DNA of 64,000 bases from NCBI RefSeq assembly GCF_000142905.1, contig NW_013657625.1:97690-161689 (forward strand), given 5' to 3'. The notes under the pieces are model-generated. The model had not been told where the DNA came from. It did not search any database and saw only the letters and a program-made list of their open reading frames with translations. Shown one piece after another: positions 46,275 through 57,173 of the stretch (its first letter is position 1; each line of letters opens with the position of its first letter). Both the position numbers and the translations under genes were made by a program. Origin of the DNA: Thecamonas trahens ATCC 50062. Taxonomy: Eukaryota; Protista; Apusomonadida.

Positions 46275-47982
46275 TCGGTCGCGCCAACCAGCGAGCTTGC
46301 GCCGTGCGCAACTGGACACCGGCGCCAGTCGATGGGAAGGTCGACGCCCGTCCATTCGCCGGCAGTCACCTTTGCGTCGACAGCAGCAAACCGTGCACGC
46401 CAGGCCTCGCGCTCGCGCGCTACGTCTGCCTGCAAGCTGGCAAAGGCAGCGGCCAGTTTGGACTGCGGCCGCGAGGCGGTGAGCGTCGCCACGTCGCGGA
46501 AAAGCGCAAGCAGCTGAGCCCATGCCTTTTCCAGCTGGGCCACCCGCTCCGGCCAGTAGGCCAGCCCGCGCTGGAGCTTGTGGTGCGTTGCGCCGTGCCA
46601 CCAGTACTGGCGGATCCACTCAAACTCCAAGACCAGAAACGACTCGCAGAGCAGGTCCCAAGTCGAGCCCGGTCGCGGAAGCAGCGCCCGCAGCGCCGCC
46701 GGCGACTTGGTCAGCTTCTTGGCCTTGCGAACCGCCCGGGTCAGCCGTGGAAAGACTCGGTCGAAGTGGTTGTGCTCGGTCGTGGTCACTCGATGTGTCG
46801 ACGAGTACCGGTGCGACGAGCCGCAGACCACGACGTGCTGGTGGTGGTGGTTAAAGTCGCCGAGGAGAAAGTACATCGCGCCGTGGTCGAGCGGGAGCGC
46901 CAGCTTGGGCGTCACCTCGTCGTAGATGACCCTTAAGCCGACGTGCCACGGCGCAGTCTCGTTCTCGGCCGTCAGCTGGTACACCCCGATCGTCGACCAG
47001 TCCTCCAGCGATGTGTCCTGGTGCCACGAGACGACGGCGCGCCCAAGGCCCTCAAACGGTGGTGGCTTGCCCTCGCCCTCGCCTGTCAGCACGTCCATGT
47101 CGTTGATGAGGGTGAGATTGAACAACGTCGAGCCGGGTGTACCTGCTGCTTCCAGATGCGCATTGCCCTTGGCAATCATGACCTCGTTGAGCTCGCGGAT
47201 GGCGCCCAGTGCGCCTGCAACCGCGGCATCGGCAGCCTCGAGCGCCGGCCCAGCCCACGGCACTGCAAACACCCGTGCGTTGAGGTACTTGTATGTCATT
47301 CCCGGCTCGCCCACCACCACTCGCCGCACATACGTCGGCCCCAGCTCTTCGATTTTGCCCGGCTGCACAAAGTCGAACTTGAACCACCCGCGGGCTTTGA
47401 GCACCTTCATCGCCGCGTGGAACTTGGCGTGGTCGCTCGCCGCCAGCGAGCTTGCCCCGTCCTCGATCACCGCTCCGGCATAGCTTGTCGCCATCAGCTT
47501 CTCCACAAGCTTAGGATGCGAGCTCGGTGTGCAGAAGAGCGGTCGTGGCGACGGCAGTGCCTCGATCGGATACGGCTTGGGCCGTATCGACGTCATCGCC
47601 ACACCAGCCCCAGCGCCATTGCCAGATGAAGATGCAGCGTCGCCTCCGACCTGCTCGTTGCCCCACCCCGCTTTTGCTTCTTCGTCTTCTTGCTGTTGCT
47701 CTTGCCATCGCTTCCACATCGCTTATCCCTCGCATCGCCGATGCCATCACCATTGCTGTCCCTCTTGCGCTTCCGTGCCCGCTTGCCGCTCTCAGCGCCT
47801 CGCCCATCCTGCCCACTGCTGCCAGTCAGCGTCTCCTTGCCCTTGCCCTTGCCCTTGCCCTTGCCCTTGCCCTTGCCCTTGCTCTTATTCTTGCCCTTGC
47901 CCTTGTCCTTGCTCTTCCCAGCTTCATCTTTGCTCTTTCCCGAGCCCAGTAGCTCCCGCTGGAGCGCGGCCCAGTTGGACAT
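46271..47982 (-). CDS. FTO: FTO-like alpha-ketoglutarate-dependent nucleic acid demethylase; probable Lys-rich N-terminus joined by a 1-nt frameshift at ~47661-47669
   Basis: VGEPGMTYKYLNARVFAVPW, FNLTLIN, VSWHQD, WHVGLR..TPKLALPL, HQHVV..RYSSTHRV, EFEWIRQYWWHG match the FTO catalytic and C-terminal domains. Confidence 0.9.
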
Positions 47983-48434
47983 GCCTCGAGTTGAGTCGTA
48001 TCACACCGTCACCGTCGCCAGAACCGAGGATGGACGCTGCGAAATGCCCCAAACTGACCGGGTGTGACTGATGCGGGTGCGACGGGCCACGGCAAAAGGA
48101 CGCACGCCGCAGGGGAGGGATTTCATTTTGTAGCCACATATTGCATCATCCCAGTCATGCCGAGCCGAGCACCATCATCCCCTAATCGACCATCGTTGCT
48201 CTTACCATTATCTACAGCTTCTCCTCCTCCCTCCCCCCCCCTCCACACACACAAACACCCCACACCCTCTCATGGTCATGTTGAACACAGCGATGGCCAT
48301 CAGTATTCTGCCTTGAGGAAGTGAAAGTGGGGTTTTTTTTCCTTGAGCTGAAAACGTTTCTCTACCAGCTTGCCCAGCCCCTTGCGTTGACCCCTAGCAA
48401 AGCCCGCACCACTCGTCTTTACTTGTGTAGAGAC

Positions 48435-48893
48435 ATGGGTCACTCGGCTACTTCTAGCCACAAGTACAATGGTGCCGGTGGGAGGATACGGCGGAGGAGG
48501 AGGAAGCGGAAGCCGGTGGGTGGCGTCGCGGGCGGTCGGCGTGGGTCTCTGGTCGTCGGGCGGTGCGGAGCGAGTGCGCGGTCATTACGGCGGCAGAGGC
48601 TGAGTTGGAGCCAGGAAGAGCAAGAGGAGGAGGGTGACCTCTCCTCGACACTCACGCCTTCGTCTGACATTCTGGAGAAGAACGGGCGTGAGCTCGCAGG
48701 TCTTTTCCCCCCGACATTGGCTCAGCCAGGCAAGGTGCCCTTCTCGGAATTGGAACGAGCGTCCGGGCCTGTCGAGCTGGTTTCAGCCTCGGCTCTCGGC
48801 CATGGCCCGCACTCGGCTTCGACAACCGAGACAGTCACCACAGCGTCATCTACTGCGTCCAGGTCTTCAGCTTCGAGCCTGTCGTCGTCATCG

Positions 48894-48928
<35 letters not shown>

Positions 48929-50885
48929 ATCGTCGTCAGCGCCGACCCGCCGCAAGGTCCACACCTATCGCAGGGTCTCGGTCTCGTCGTCGATGGACGA
49001 GTGGGCAGAGTCGGTAACCAACCAGAATGAGCTTCAGGTGCTGACGCGGCGGCGGGCCAAAGCCAAGACCAAAGTTGCCAAGGCCGCCAAGACATCTTCT
49101 GCCGCGCGGCGTGGCGCCAATGCGGGCGATGGGCAAGCTGCAAGCACAACTGTACCCATTGCTGTCCGCGTGGGGAGCAACTCGGACAACGTGCAGGTCA
49201 TCATGCCGCAGAAGCCGGTCCGTGCCGAGTTTGAAGCCGTCGCCCGGTACCTTTCCGGACCTGGCGCGCGGAGCATCGGATCAGACTCATCGCGAAGCGT
49301 GTTCTGGCGCAAGCTCAAGTCGCGGGCCAAGCGGAAAGCGAGGCGGTCGTCAAACAACGCACTGTTTTCGACGTCTGGCCGGACGTCAAACCTTGACAAC
49401 TCGACCGCATCGGTGGGCTCAGCCACTTCGGCCACCTCGGCTGCTTCGGTCGCGTCGAGCAGTGGCCTCCCGCCGACCTCGTCCCGCGAAGCGCGACTCT
49501 TGCGCAAGTTTGAAAAGAAGGTCGGCAGTGTGGCGTCGCGACGCAAGGAGAAGGCGCGACAGATGGCACGTGGCAAGCTGGCGTCGATCAAGCACAAGAA
49601 AAAGGCGAGCATCGACCCAGCAAAGTACACCATGCCGTGGGGCTCGATCCGTGACTACGACATCAACAAGCGCGCACTTGTCGGCGAGGGCTCGTACGGC
49701 CGTGTCTTCCTCGCCTCGCACAAGTCGTCAAGCGACCTCGTTGTGGCCAAGGAAATCAAGCCGGCCAAGGAGAATCCGGTGCGGCTCAAGCTCGAGGTCA
49801 TGATTCTAGAGGCGCTGGCGGCGGCAGCGCTGGACAAGCCAAAAAAGCCTGGTGCCGACTGCATCGTCGGCCTCAACGACGTCGTGCGCGACACCAAGTC
49901 GGGCACCAAGTACATCATCATGCCGCACGTCAAGTCGCGGGCGTTCCGCAACCTGGCACCGTCGCTCAGCTCGGGCTCGGGCGGGCCGCTTGCTCTCAAG
50001 CACTACCTGTTCTCGCTGGTCAAGGCGCTGGCCTTTGCGCACTCACACGGTATTGTCCACCGGGATATCAAGGGTGGCAACACACTGTACGACCCCAAGA
50101 CTGGCAAGTTTGGCCTTATCGACTGGGGCTTTGCTACCTGGTACTCGCCCAAAACCGTCCAGACCTCATTTCCGGGAACCCGCCACTTTAAGGCGCCCGA
50201 GATGTTCCTGCACTACCGCAAGTACGACTACGCCGTCGACATGTGGTCGTTCGGCGTGCTCATGGCCGCCCTCGTCACCGACCGTCCGGCCTTTTTTCCG
50301 GTCGGCCACACCTCGAGCAACTTTTCCCAGATGCTGGCAGTCGTCGCCTTTCTCGGCCTCGATGCCTACGAGGCCTGGCTCGACAAGTACTCGGTCCCCG
50401 ACGACTACCTGCTCAAGTACCATCCGGCCATCTTCCGCGAGCTCGGCTGCTCGGCCTCGCGCATCGCGTGGGCCGACCTTGTCAACGGCGCCAACCGCGC
50501 CTCGGTCTCGCCGCTCGCCCGCGATCTCATCGACCGCCTCGTCATCTTTGACCACGAGGCCCGACTCACTGCTGCCGAGGCTCTCAACCATCCGTTTTTT
50601 GACGACGTCCGCTCCAAGGGCTTCAGCTCCGGCATAACCACCGCCTCAACGCCCACCCTGGTGGCTCCGCCTTCACGTTCCTCGCGCAGGCGCTCCTCTC
50701 GCGCTGCGTCTACCCCTCTCCTCGATGTCAATGTCTCGGACGACATCCACGCGCACCCTCGTAAGCTCACCTCGATCTCGGTCTCGTCGTCCAGCTCGCG
50801 TCCGTCGTCAGCCTCTTCCTCGTCGGCATCCTCCTCCTCCTCCTCATCGTCGCCGTCGTCCTCCTCCTCGTCGTCCTCATCCTAG
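48435..50885 (+). CDS. Divergent casein kinase II alpha-like kinase with long Ser/basic N-terminus
   Basis: GEGSYGRV, VAKEIKP, HRDIKGGN, LIDWGFA, RHFKAPE, YDYAVDMWSFG, RLTAAEALNHPFF; DWG is the CK2 hallmark. Confidence 0.85.
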
Positions 50886-51146
50886 CCTGTTGCCGTGACC
50901 GTGGCTTGTCCTTCCCTTCAATTGGTGGAGAACAAACAGCCGTGCGAGCTCCAAGCAATGAAAGCGTCCCATCACTCAGCGTCCCATCACTCAGCGGACC
51001 CTCCACAGAGCCATTCCATCGCTTCGATAAGGCATCTTTCTTTTCGGTTTTTTCGTCAACCTCAAAACCCCGCTCGCCTTTCAGCCAGCTGCTGGACCCA
51101 AAGGCATCCCCTCACAACCACTTCACGCCCAAGGTCAAACTTGCAC

Positions 51147-54100
51147 ATGAGCGACATTGGAGAGCGCATTGCAGCCCTTGTCGTGCTAAAGGATGCGCTG
51201 CCGGGCTCTGTGGTGGACGGCCAGGTGGCTGATCTGGTAGCCCTGGTGGCAGCAGGCCCGCTGGCAGCAGCAGCAGGCCACCTCAAGGCCATGTTTGATG
51301 CCGGCCTGCTGACTCAGGACGAGCTAGTCGTCCACACTACGGCACTCATGGCAACTGCCTCGCCGCAGGCGACTGCCACGGGAGCGCACGCCTCATCGGT
51401 GCCACTTGCGGACTCGCTCGATCTGCTCATCGAGACTGGAAAGGTGCCGGATGGTACAGACGCTGCCTTTGCTGACATGGCTGCCGCGCTCAAGGCTCTG
51501 GCCGGCGTAGAGACGCTCGATGACGCCACTTGGCTGTTTCTTGCGCCAGATCGGGATGCCAAGCTTGTCACCATGGACATGGCGCTGACAGATGTATTTG
51601 TTGCACTGGGTGATGCACTTGTGGCTGCCGCCCCGGCGGCGGCAGCAGCAGCAGCCGAGGATGCGGCTGCCGCGACGGCGTCGGCCCAGGCCCATTCGCT
51701 CCAGACGCGATCGCTCGGCCTCTCGCAGCGATCAACCAACGAGCTCGATGGTGGCGCCGCTGGCCCGTCGTCACCGCCTGCAAGCGCGCTCTCGATCGGT
51801 GGCGAGACGGCGTCGCCGGACTCGATGGCGTTTATCGGAAGTGTGGCCCTGGCGGCGCCAGGTGCGTCGGCCGACGCTCAGAAGGCCGGCGCATCGGTCA
51901 ACGCGGAACTTGCAGCGCAACTTGGAGTGCCTGATCCAGGCATGCCCGGAATGGCATCGCTCCTGCTGGTGCCCGACGCGCACGACCCGAGTGCGCTCTA
52001 CGCCTACATCCAGGCGCCCGTGGTTGACGACGGGGCGTCGGCGTCGAGCCAGATTGAGCACATTCACGGCGGCTCGAGCAGCGAGGAGCCTGGAACAGGT
52101 GAGCGGCTGGTCATCTCGCTCGACATCTCGTCGTCGATGAACCACGACGAGGCCGGAGTTTACCTCGCGCCAGGCTCGCCGGATCACCCCGCGTCATCGA
52201 TCGCCAAGGCCCGGTCGCTGCTGCCGGATCTCATTGCCGCGTCGCTCCGGTCGGATGTCTCAGTCACAGTTGTTGTGTGGAACCACGACATTGTGCGTGA
52301 GATCGACGTGGCGGCAGCCACTTACCGCGACGCTGCAACTGGCGAGTTTCCGGAGAACCTTGCGGAGCTCGTTGCGCCGCTTGTCTCCGAGAGTGCGTTT
52401 GTGGCCGACGGCGCAACCGATACTGAGATTGCGCTCCACGCCACACTGGCGCGCGCCGGCGGCTTTGCCTCCGCTGGTACCAACAAGGTCACGGTCTGGT
52501 TCCTCACCGACGGCGAGCAGACGTACTACCACAAGAACGGCAAGGTACGGAGCATCAAGAATACGCCGCGGTTCCAGAACCCGATCGACGCCAGCGGGGT
52601 GACCCAGTACCAGCGCGAGGTGCTCGACACGGCGATGCCGAGTGTCGTGGCCATCGGCGAGCGAAAGTGCCAGCTCGAGTTTCACATTTGCCACTTTGGC
52701 GACGCTGATCCTGTCTTCCTCCGCGCACTCCGCGAGAGCGTCGACGGCCACTTTCACGCCTTTACCTCACTCGATGCTATCGCTGATGAGATGGCCATGT
52801 CTGCGGTCTCGACCTCGGGCAGCGTGGCGGTTGTCGCTGGCGCAGACTCGTTCGACATCCCCGTGGCCATCGACGCCACCGCCGGCGTATACTGCGGCCG
52901 GCGTTCGGGTGTACCGCGGTCGCTCATCGGCTTCCTCACCTCGCCGAAGAGCACGACAAAGCCGCTGACGCTCACGCTGCCAACAGGCGAGCCCGTAGCG
53001 CTTCCGTTCTTCCGGCCGACGGTCCTCAGCGCGGCGCAGACCGATGTGCTGAGCAAGGTGCACTCGCTCGAGCCGCGGCTGCGGACAACAATGGATGAGC
53101 TCTCAGGCAATCTGTCTGCTGCTTCGCTCGACGATGCGGCGCAGGCGCTGGCATCTCTGCGGCGGGCGCGCGGCGAGCTTGTGCGCAGCGCCGTGCGGGC
53201 GTTCCGTGATGGTTCGCTTGTGTTTTCATACCTCGAGCGCGTGCTGGAGGCGGTTGGTGCCCACATCGAGGGCATGACACGGACGATCAACCAGTTTCTG
53301 CGGAGCCAGGGTGCCGAGTTTAACGCCAAGGCTGCCGAGGCGACGCAGCTGTTCTCAGCCAAGGAGCAGATGGCGATTGCGGCGTCGGTCGACTCAATGC
53401 GGGTCCGAATTGGGTCGGGCATCCGACAGCGGTGCATGGAGAAGCGGGTGGCACGGCTGGTGGCCGAGGGCGGCTCGCGGGCAGCGCGGGCGCTGGCGCG
53501 GGTGGTGACGGCGACGTGGACCCCGCTCGACGACGGCTCGGCGCTGATCTCGCTCCGCATCATGGAAGGTGGCGCCGCAACAGCAGCAAGGCGCGCGTTT
53601 CTTGCGGCATACGTGGCCAAGCATCCGAATCCCGATGCTACGAGCGTCATGGCCGCGACACGGTGGGACATTGTCGAGTGGACCGAGACGGTGAGCCACG
53701 ACGTGGCGCGGTTCGCGGCGGCGGTGGCCGGGACCGGCATCGGGTCTGTGGGGAGCAACAGCGCCATTCCGCCACACCTCCGTGCGCTTTCGTCAGAGAT
53801 CTCCGCCGTGTTTTCGGCGCCAGGTGTGCCGGCAGCGCGAATCGGCCCGGTCTCTGTTCCGACAGCAGCGGTGTACGATGTGAGCGGCGAGGCCGGAACC
53901 GGCACAGTGTTCACGTACACACCGACCGAGGTCGTGCGGACTGTGGATGTTGAGGCGGCCGTGGACAAGTACGTGGATCCGCTGTCGTGCCTCGACCTGT
54001 TTGATCTCATGAACGAGGGCTCGCTGCCGGCCGCGCTGTACACGGTAGGCTCTGTCGGCTCACCGGGCCTGCTGTACAATGCTAAGGAGTCGCTGACCGT

Positions 54101-56969
54101 GGAGGGCGGTGGACGGCAGCTGACGTCGTTTGACTACTTTCGGCTCTTCTGGCGGATGCAGCACTCGGCGGACGGATCGCGGCAGGTGCTGATGCCTGGT
54201 GCGTTTGAGCCGGCCAACTTTGCGCTGCCGCTTGCGCCGGAGCCGATGTCGGGCGCGGTACTTGTAGCCGTGCTACCGTCCCTGGTGGGCGAGTTTGTGA
54301 CCGGGACGCCGATGGCGCCGCTCTCGGGCGTTGGCGACTTTTACATTCCGTTTGTGGTGTACCACATGAAGCTTGCGCAGCCGACGACGCTCGACTTTGA
54401 GCGGATGCTTGAGGAGCTTGCCACGCTTGCGTGCTGGGTCTACAACCCGCGGACCCAGCCGCGGCCTGTGGACGCACTCGCAGTGGTACAGGGTATGGTG
54501 GACGAGGGACGCATCCGCCGGCGCGACTCGCCGGGACGGCAGCTCCCGCTCAAGGGCTTGATCTACTCGCTGATCTTCAACGATCTTCCGCTCGCGCCGC
54601 GATTCACGGCGCTCTTCAACGAATGCCTGGTCCGGTCGGTGGGCATGCTCCTCGAGACGCCGCAGAAGGCCAAGTACCAGGTTCGCAAGGTCTCGCTTGT
54701 TCCGATCGAGGCCTGGGTCGGCGACGTGGTCTCTGCGCTAGCTCCGGTTGCTCACGCGGAGATTCCGGACATGGACGACGACGGGGTGCCTGTCCGCGCC
54801 ATGGCAACGGTATCAATGCTGGCCGAGTGGATGACTCGCGCCGATGAGACCGGGTTCTCGGGCGAGGCTGTGGCATGGCTGCAGGAGCATCCGGATGCGG
54901 TGAACGTGCTAGCCGGCGCGCTCGAAGCGCTGCTCATCACCTCGGGCGATGCTGGGTTTGGCGTGGGCAAGGCCGGTCGGGATCTGCTGCGGTGGCGCAA
55001 GGTGCTGCGGCTGCTGTGCGCGTGGCATGTTGTTGCGCGCAGCTCGCTGGGCGACGCGCTGGCAGCTTATCGTGCTTTTGCGCACCCGCAGGCGACGCTT
55101 GACGAGATTGCTGCCGGCTTTGCGGACCTGGCGTTCGATGCCTCTGTCGACGGCGCACCGACAATGCTGGCGTCGGCGCTGGGGCTGACGATGGCCAGCG
55201 ACGGCTCGACGATGACAGTGGTGAGCTTTGCCGACGGGGCTGTGAGCGCGAAGAGCTTTGCGCCGGCAGTCGGTAGTGAGATTGTGGACGCAGGCAGGTT
55301 CGAGGTTGTGGCGCTGGTGTGGCGGATGTTTCACACGGTGGCCTCGGCGTGGAGCTGGTCTGTGGAGAGTGCCGAGACGACGCTCTGTGGCCTCCATGAT
55401 GTCGACTACGCGGTGGCGCGGGTCCTGCTCTACCCGGACACGGTGGTTTCCGCGGGGCTGACCCCGGCGCAGACGAGCGTTCTGCTGGCGGTCAAGGCGT
55501 ACAAGCCTGTGTGGCACCGGTACGCGCGGTTTGTGGTGCCGCCGCCAGAGCTTCCGACGGTCCCGGGCTCGTCGACGCGGCTCAAGTCGTCCGAGGGCCA
55601 GTACTCGAATGCCGACAAGCCGCACGTGGCACTCTCGCTGATTGGTGAGATCGACTCGGGCAAGTCGACGACGGCTGGAAACCTGCTGGTGCAGTGCGGC
55701 ATCGTTCCGGAGCAGAGCGTACGCAAGATCGAGCGTGAGGCTGCGGAGATCGGGCGAGGCGACTTCAAGTTTGCGTGGATTACCGACTCGCAGGCGGCTG
55801 AGCGGGCGCGCGGAGTGACAATCGACTGCGCGTTTTGGAAGCTGGAGACGCCAGAGCGGTTCATCACGCTTGTGGATGGGCCTGGGCACCGGTCGTTTCT
55901 CAAGAACGCAGTGATGGGCATGGCGCAAGCGGACCTTGCGCTGCTCGTCGTCGACGCGTCGCCGGGTGCGTTTGAGGCGTCGATCTCGCGCGGTGGGATG
56001 GTACGCGACCACCTGACTGTGGCCAAGTCGATGTCGATGACGCGGCTGGTGGTGGCAATCAACAAGATGGACGCGGCAGGGTACGATGAGGCACGGTTTG
56101 TGGAGGTGGGTAGCGAGCTGGAGCGACTGCTCCGCAAGTCTGGCTTTTCGAAGCGGTCTGTGGCAATGGTCCCGATTGCGGCCTTTGCCGGAGTCAACCT
56201 CTGCGACGAGGCGCGCGACGTCATGCCGTGGTACTACTCGGGCAAGTACGGGTCCGGCCCTACGCTCGTGGCGGCGCTGGACGCGGTGGCGATTCCAGTG
56301 CGCGCTGTGGAGAAGCCGTTCCGGATGGCAATTGCCGAGTCGTTCGTGGTGTCGGGCGTGGGAACAGTGGTCGGCGGGCGGGTACTGTCTGGTAAGATCG
56401 CACCAGGCGACGATCTGGTGGTGGCGCCAATTGACATGCCGACAGCAGTGCGGTCTGTCGAGATGCACCACGTGCAGCTAGCGCAGGGCGTGGCTGGCGA
56501 CATTGTCGGGCTGCACCTGAAGAAGGTGGGTGTGGCGCAGGTCCCGCGCGGGTACGTGGTGGCGGCGGCCAGCAACCCGCCACGGGCTGTGACCTCGTTC
56601 CGGGCGCGTATCGTGGTTGTTGTTCGCCATCCGGGCATGATCAAGGTCGGCTTCAAGCCGACGATGCACATCCACACCGCGCAGGTCCCGGTCCGGATCA
56701 CCGCCATCCACACCATCCTGGACAAGCGGACGTTCGAGGTCATCGACGACTCGCCGAGTGTGCTCAAGGCTGGGCAGGCTGCCGAGGTCACCCTCGAGCC
56801 GACCAAGCTCCTTGTGGCCGAGCCGTTTGCCGACTCGCCGGCGCTGGGCTCCTTTGTCCTCCGCGCCACGTCTTTCCTCTGCGGATCGGGCATCATCCTC
56901 GACGTGACCACTTACGACGGACCGTCGCGAGCGGCGGCATCGTCGTCTTCATCGCGGCGGCGGCGGTGA
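51147..56969 (+). CDS. SHOCT + vWA + unknown helical region + C-terminal EF-1alpha-like translational GTPase (~1940 aa)
   Basis: Single uninterrupted ORF. LKAMFDAGLLTQDE; LDISSSM, GATD, FLTDGE (MIDAS); GEIDSGKST, ERARGVTID, DGPGH, NKMD, SVEMHH, HPG. Confidence 0.88.
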   Translation: MSDIGERIAALVVLKDALPGSVVDGQVADLVALVAAGPLAAAAGHLKAMFDAGLLTQDELVVHTTALMATASPQATATGAHASSVPLADSLDLLIETGKVPDGTDAAFADMAAALKALAGVETLDDATWLFLAPDRDAKLVTMDMALTDVFVALGDALVAAAPAAAAAAAEDAAAATASAQAHSLQTRSLGLSQRSTNELDGGAAGPSSPPASALSIGGETASPDSMAFIGSVALAAPGASADAQKAGASVNAELAAQLGVPDPGMPGMASLLLVPDAHDPSALYAYIQAPVVDDGASASSQIEHIHGGSSSEEPGTGERLVISLDISSSMNHDEAGVYLAPGSPDHPASSIAKARSLLPDLIAASLRSDVSVTVVVWNHDIVREIDVAAATYRDAATGEFPENLAELVAPLVSESAFVADGATDTEIALHATLARAGGFASAGTNKVTVWFLTDGEQTYYHKNGKVRSIKNTPRFQNPIDASGVTQYQREVLDTAMPSVVAIGERKCQLEFHICHFGDADPVFLRALRESVDGHFHAFTSLDAIADEMAMSAVSTSGSVAVVAGADSFDIPVAIDATAGVYCGRRSGVPRSLIGFLTSPKSTTKPLTLTLPTGEPVALPFFRPTVLSAAQTDVLSKVHSLEPRLRTTMDELSGNLSAASLDDAAQALASLRRARGELVRSAVRAFRDGSLVFSYLERVLEAVGAHIEGMTRTINQFLRSQGAEFNAKAAEATQLFSAKEQMAIAASVDSMRVRIGSGIRQRCMEKRVARLVAEGGSRAARALARVVTATWTPLDDGSALISLRIMEGGAATAARRAFLAAYVAKHPNPDATSVMAATRWDIVEWTETVSHDVARFAAAVAGTGIGSVGSNSAIPPHLRALSSEISAVFSAPGVPAARIGPVSVPTAAVYDVSGEAGTGTVFTYTPTEVVRTVDVEAAVDKYVDPLSCLDLFDLMNEGSLPAALYTVGSVGSPGLLYNAKESLTVEGGGRQLTSFDYFRLFWRMQHSADGSRQVLMPGAFEPANFALPLAPEPMSGAVLVAVLPSLVGEFVTGTPMAPLSGVGDFYIPFVVYHMKLAQPTTLDFERMLEELATLACWVYNPRTQPRPVDALAVVQGMVDEGRIRRRDSPGRQLPLKGLIYSLIFNDLPLAPRFTALFNECLVRSVGMLLETPQKAKYQVRKVSLVPIEAWVGDVVSALAPVAHAEIPDMDDDGVPVRAMATVSMLAEWMTRADETGFSGEAVAWLQEHPDAVNVLAGALEALLITSGDAGFGVGKAGRDLLRWRKVLRLLCAWHVVARSSLGDALAAYRAFAHPQATLDEIAAGFADLAFDASVDGAPTMLASALGLTMASDGSTMTVVSFADGAVSAKSFAPAVGSEIVDAGRFEVVALVWRMFHTVASAWSWSVESAETTLCGLHDVDYAVARVLLYPDTVVSAGLTPAQTSVLLAVKAYKPVWHRYARFVVPPPELPTVPGSSTRLKSSEGQYSNADKPHVALSLIGEIDSGKSTTAGNLLVQCGIVPEQSVRKIEREAAEIGRGDFKFAWITDSQAAERARGVTIDCAFWKLETPERFITLVDGPGHRSFLKNAVMGMAQADLALLVVDASPGAFEASISRGGMVRDHLTVAKSMSMTRLVVAINKMDAAGYDEARFVEVGSELERLLRKSGFSKRSVAMVPIAAFAGVNLCDEARDVMPWYYSGKYGSGPTLVAALDAVAIPVRAVEKPFRMAIAESFVVSGVGTVVGGRVLSGKIAPGDDLVVAPIDMPTAVRSVEMHHVQLAQGVAGDIVGLHLKKVGVAQVPRGYVVAAASNPPRAVTSFRARIVVVVRHPGMIKVGFKPTMHIHTAQVPVRITAIHTILDKRTFEVIDDSPSVLKAGQAAEVTLEPTKLLVAEPFADSPALGSFVLRATSFLCGSGIILDVTTYDGPSRAAASSSSSRRRR

Positions 56970-57173
56970 GTCCGGAGTCGTGGTACGGGATAAATATGAG
57001 CAAGTGGTCATGTCGAAAGGGAGTGAGCTCGAGCGTGCACCTGCCATTGCCAAAGTGGTCAGCGCCGCAGTTTACTGTTGATCGGAGCGGTGACTTGTGT
57101 CATACGAGCATTGAAGCATTGGAGGCATTGTCTTCTCTTTCGGCGGTATTCGGTAAAGGTGCCAAAGAGCGAC

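Noticed and set aside
50963-50992. 15-bp direct repeat as a possible transposon target-site duplication or footprint
   Set aside because: No element, terminal repeats or transposase; short tandem duplications are common in this window.
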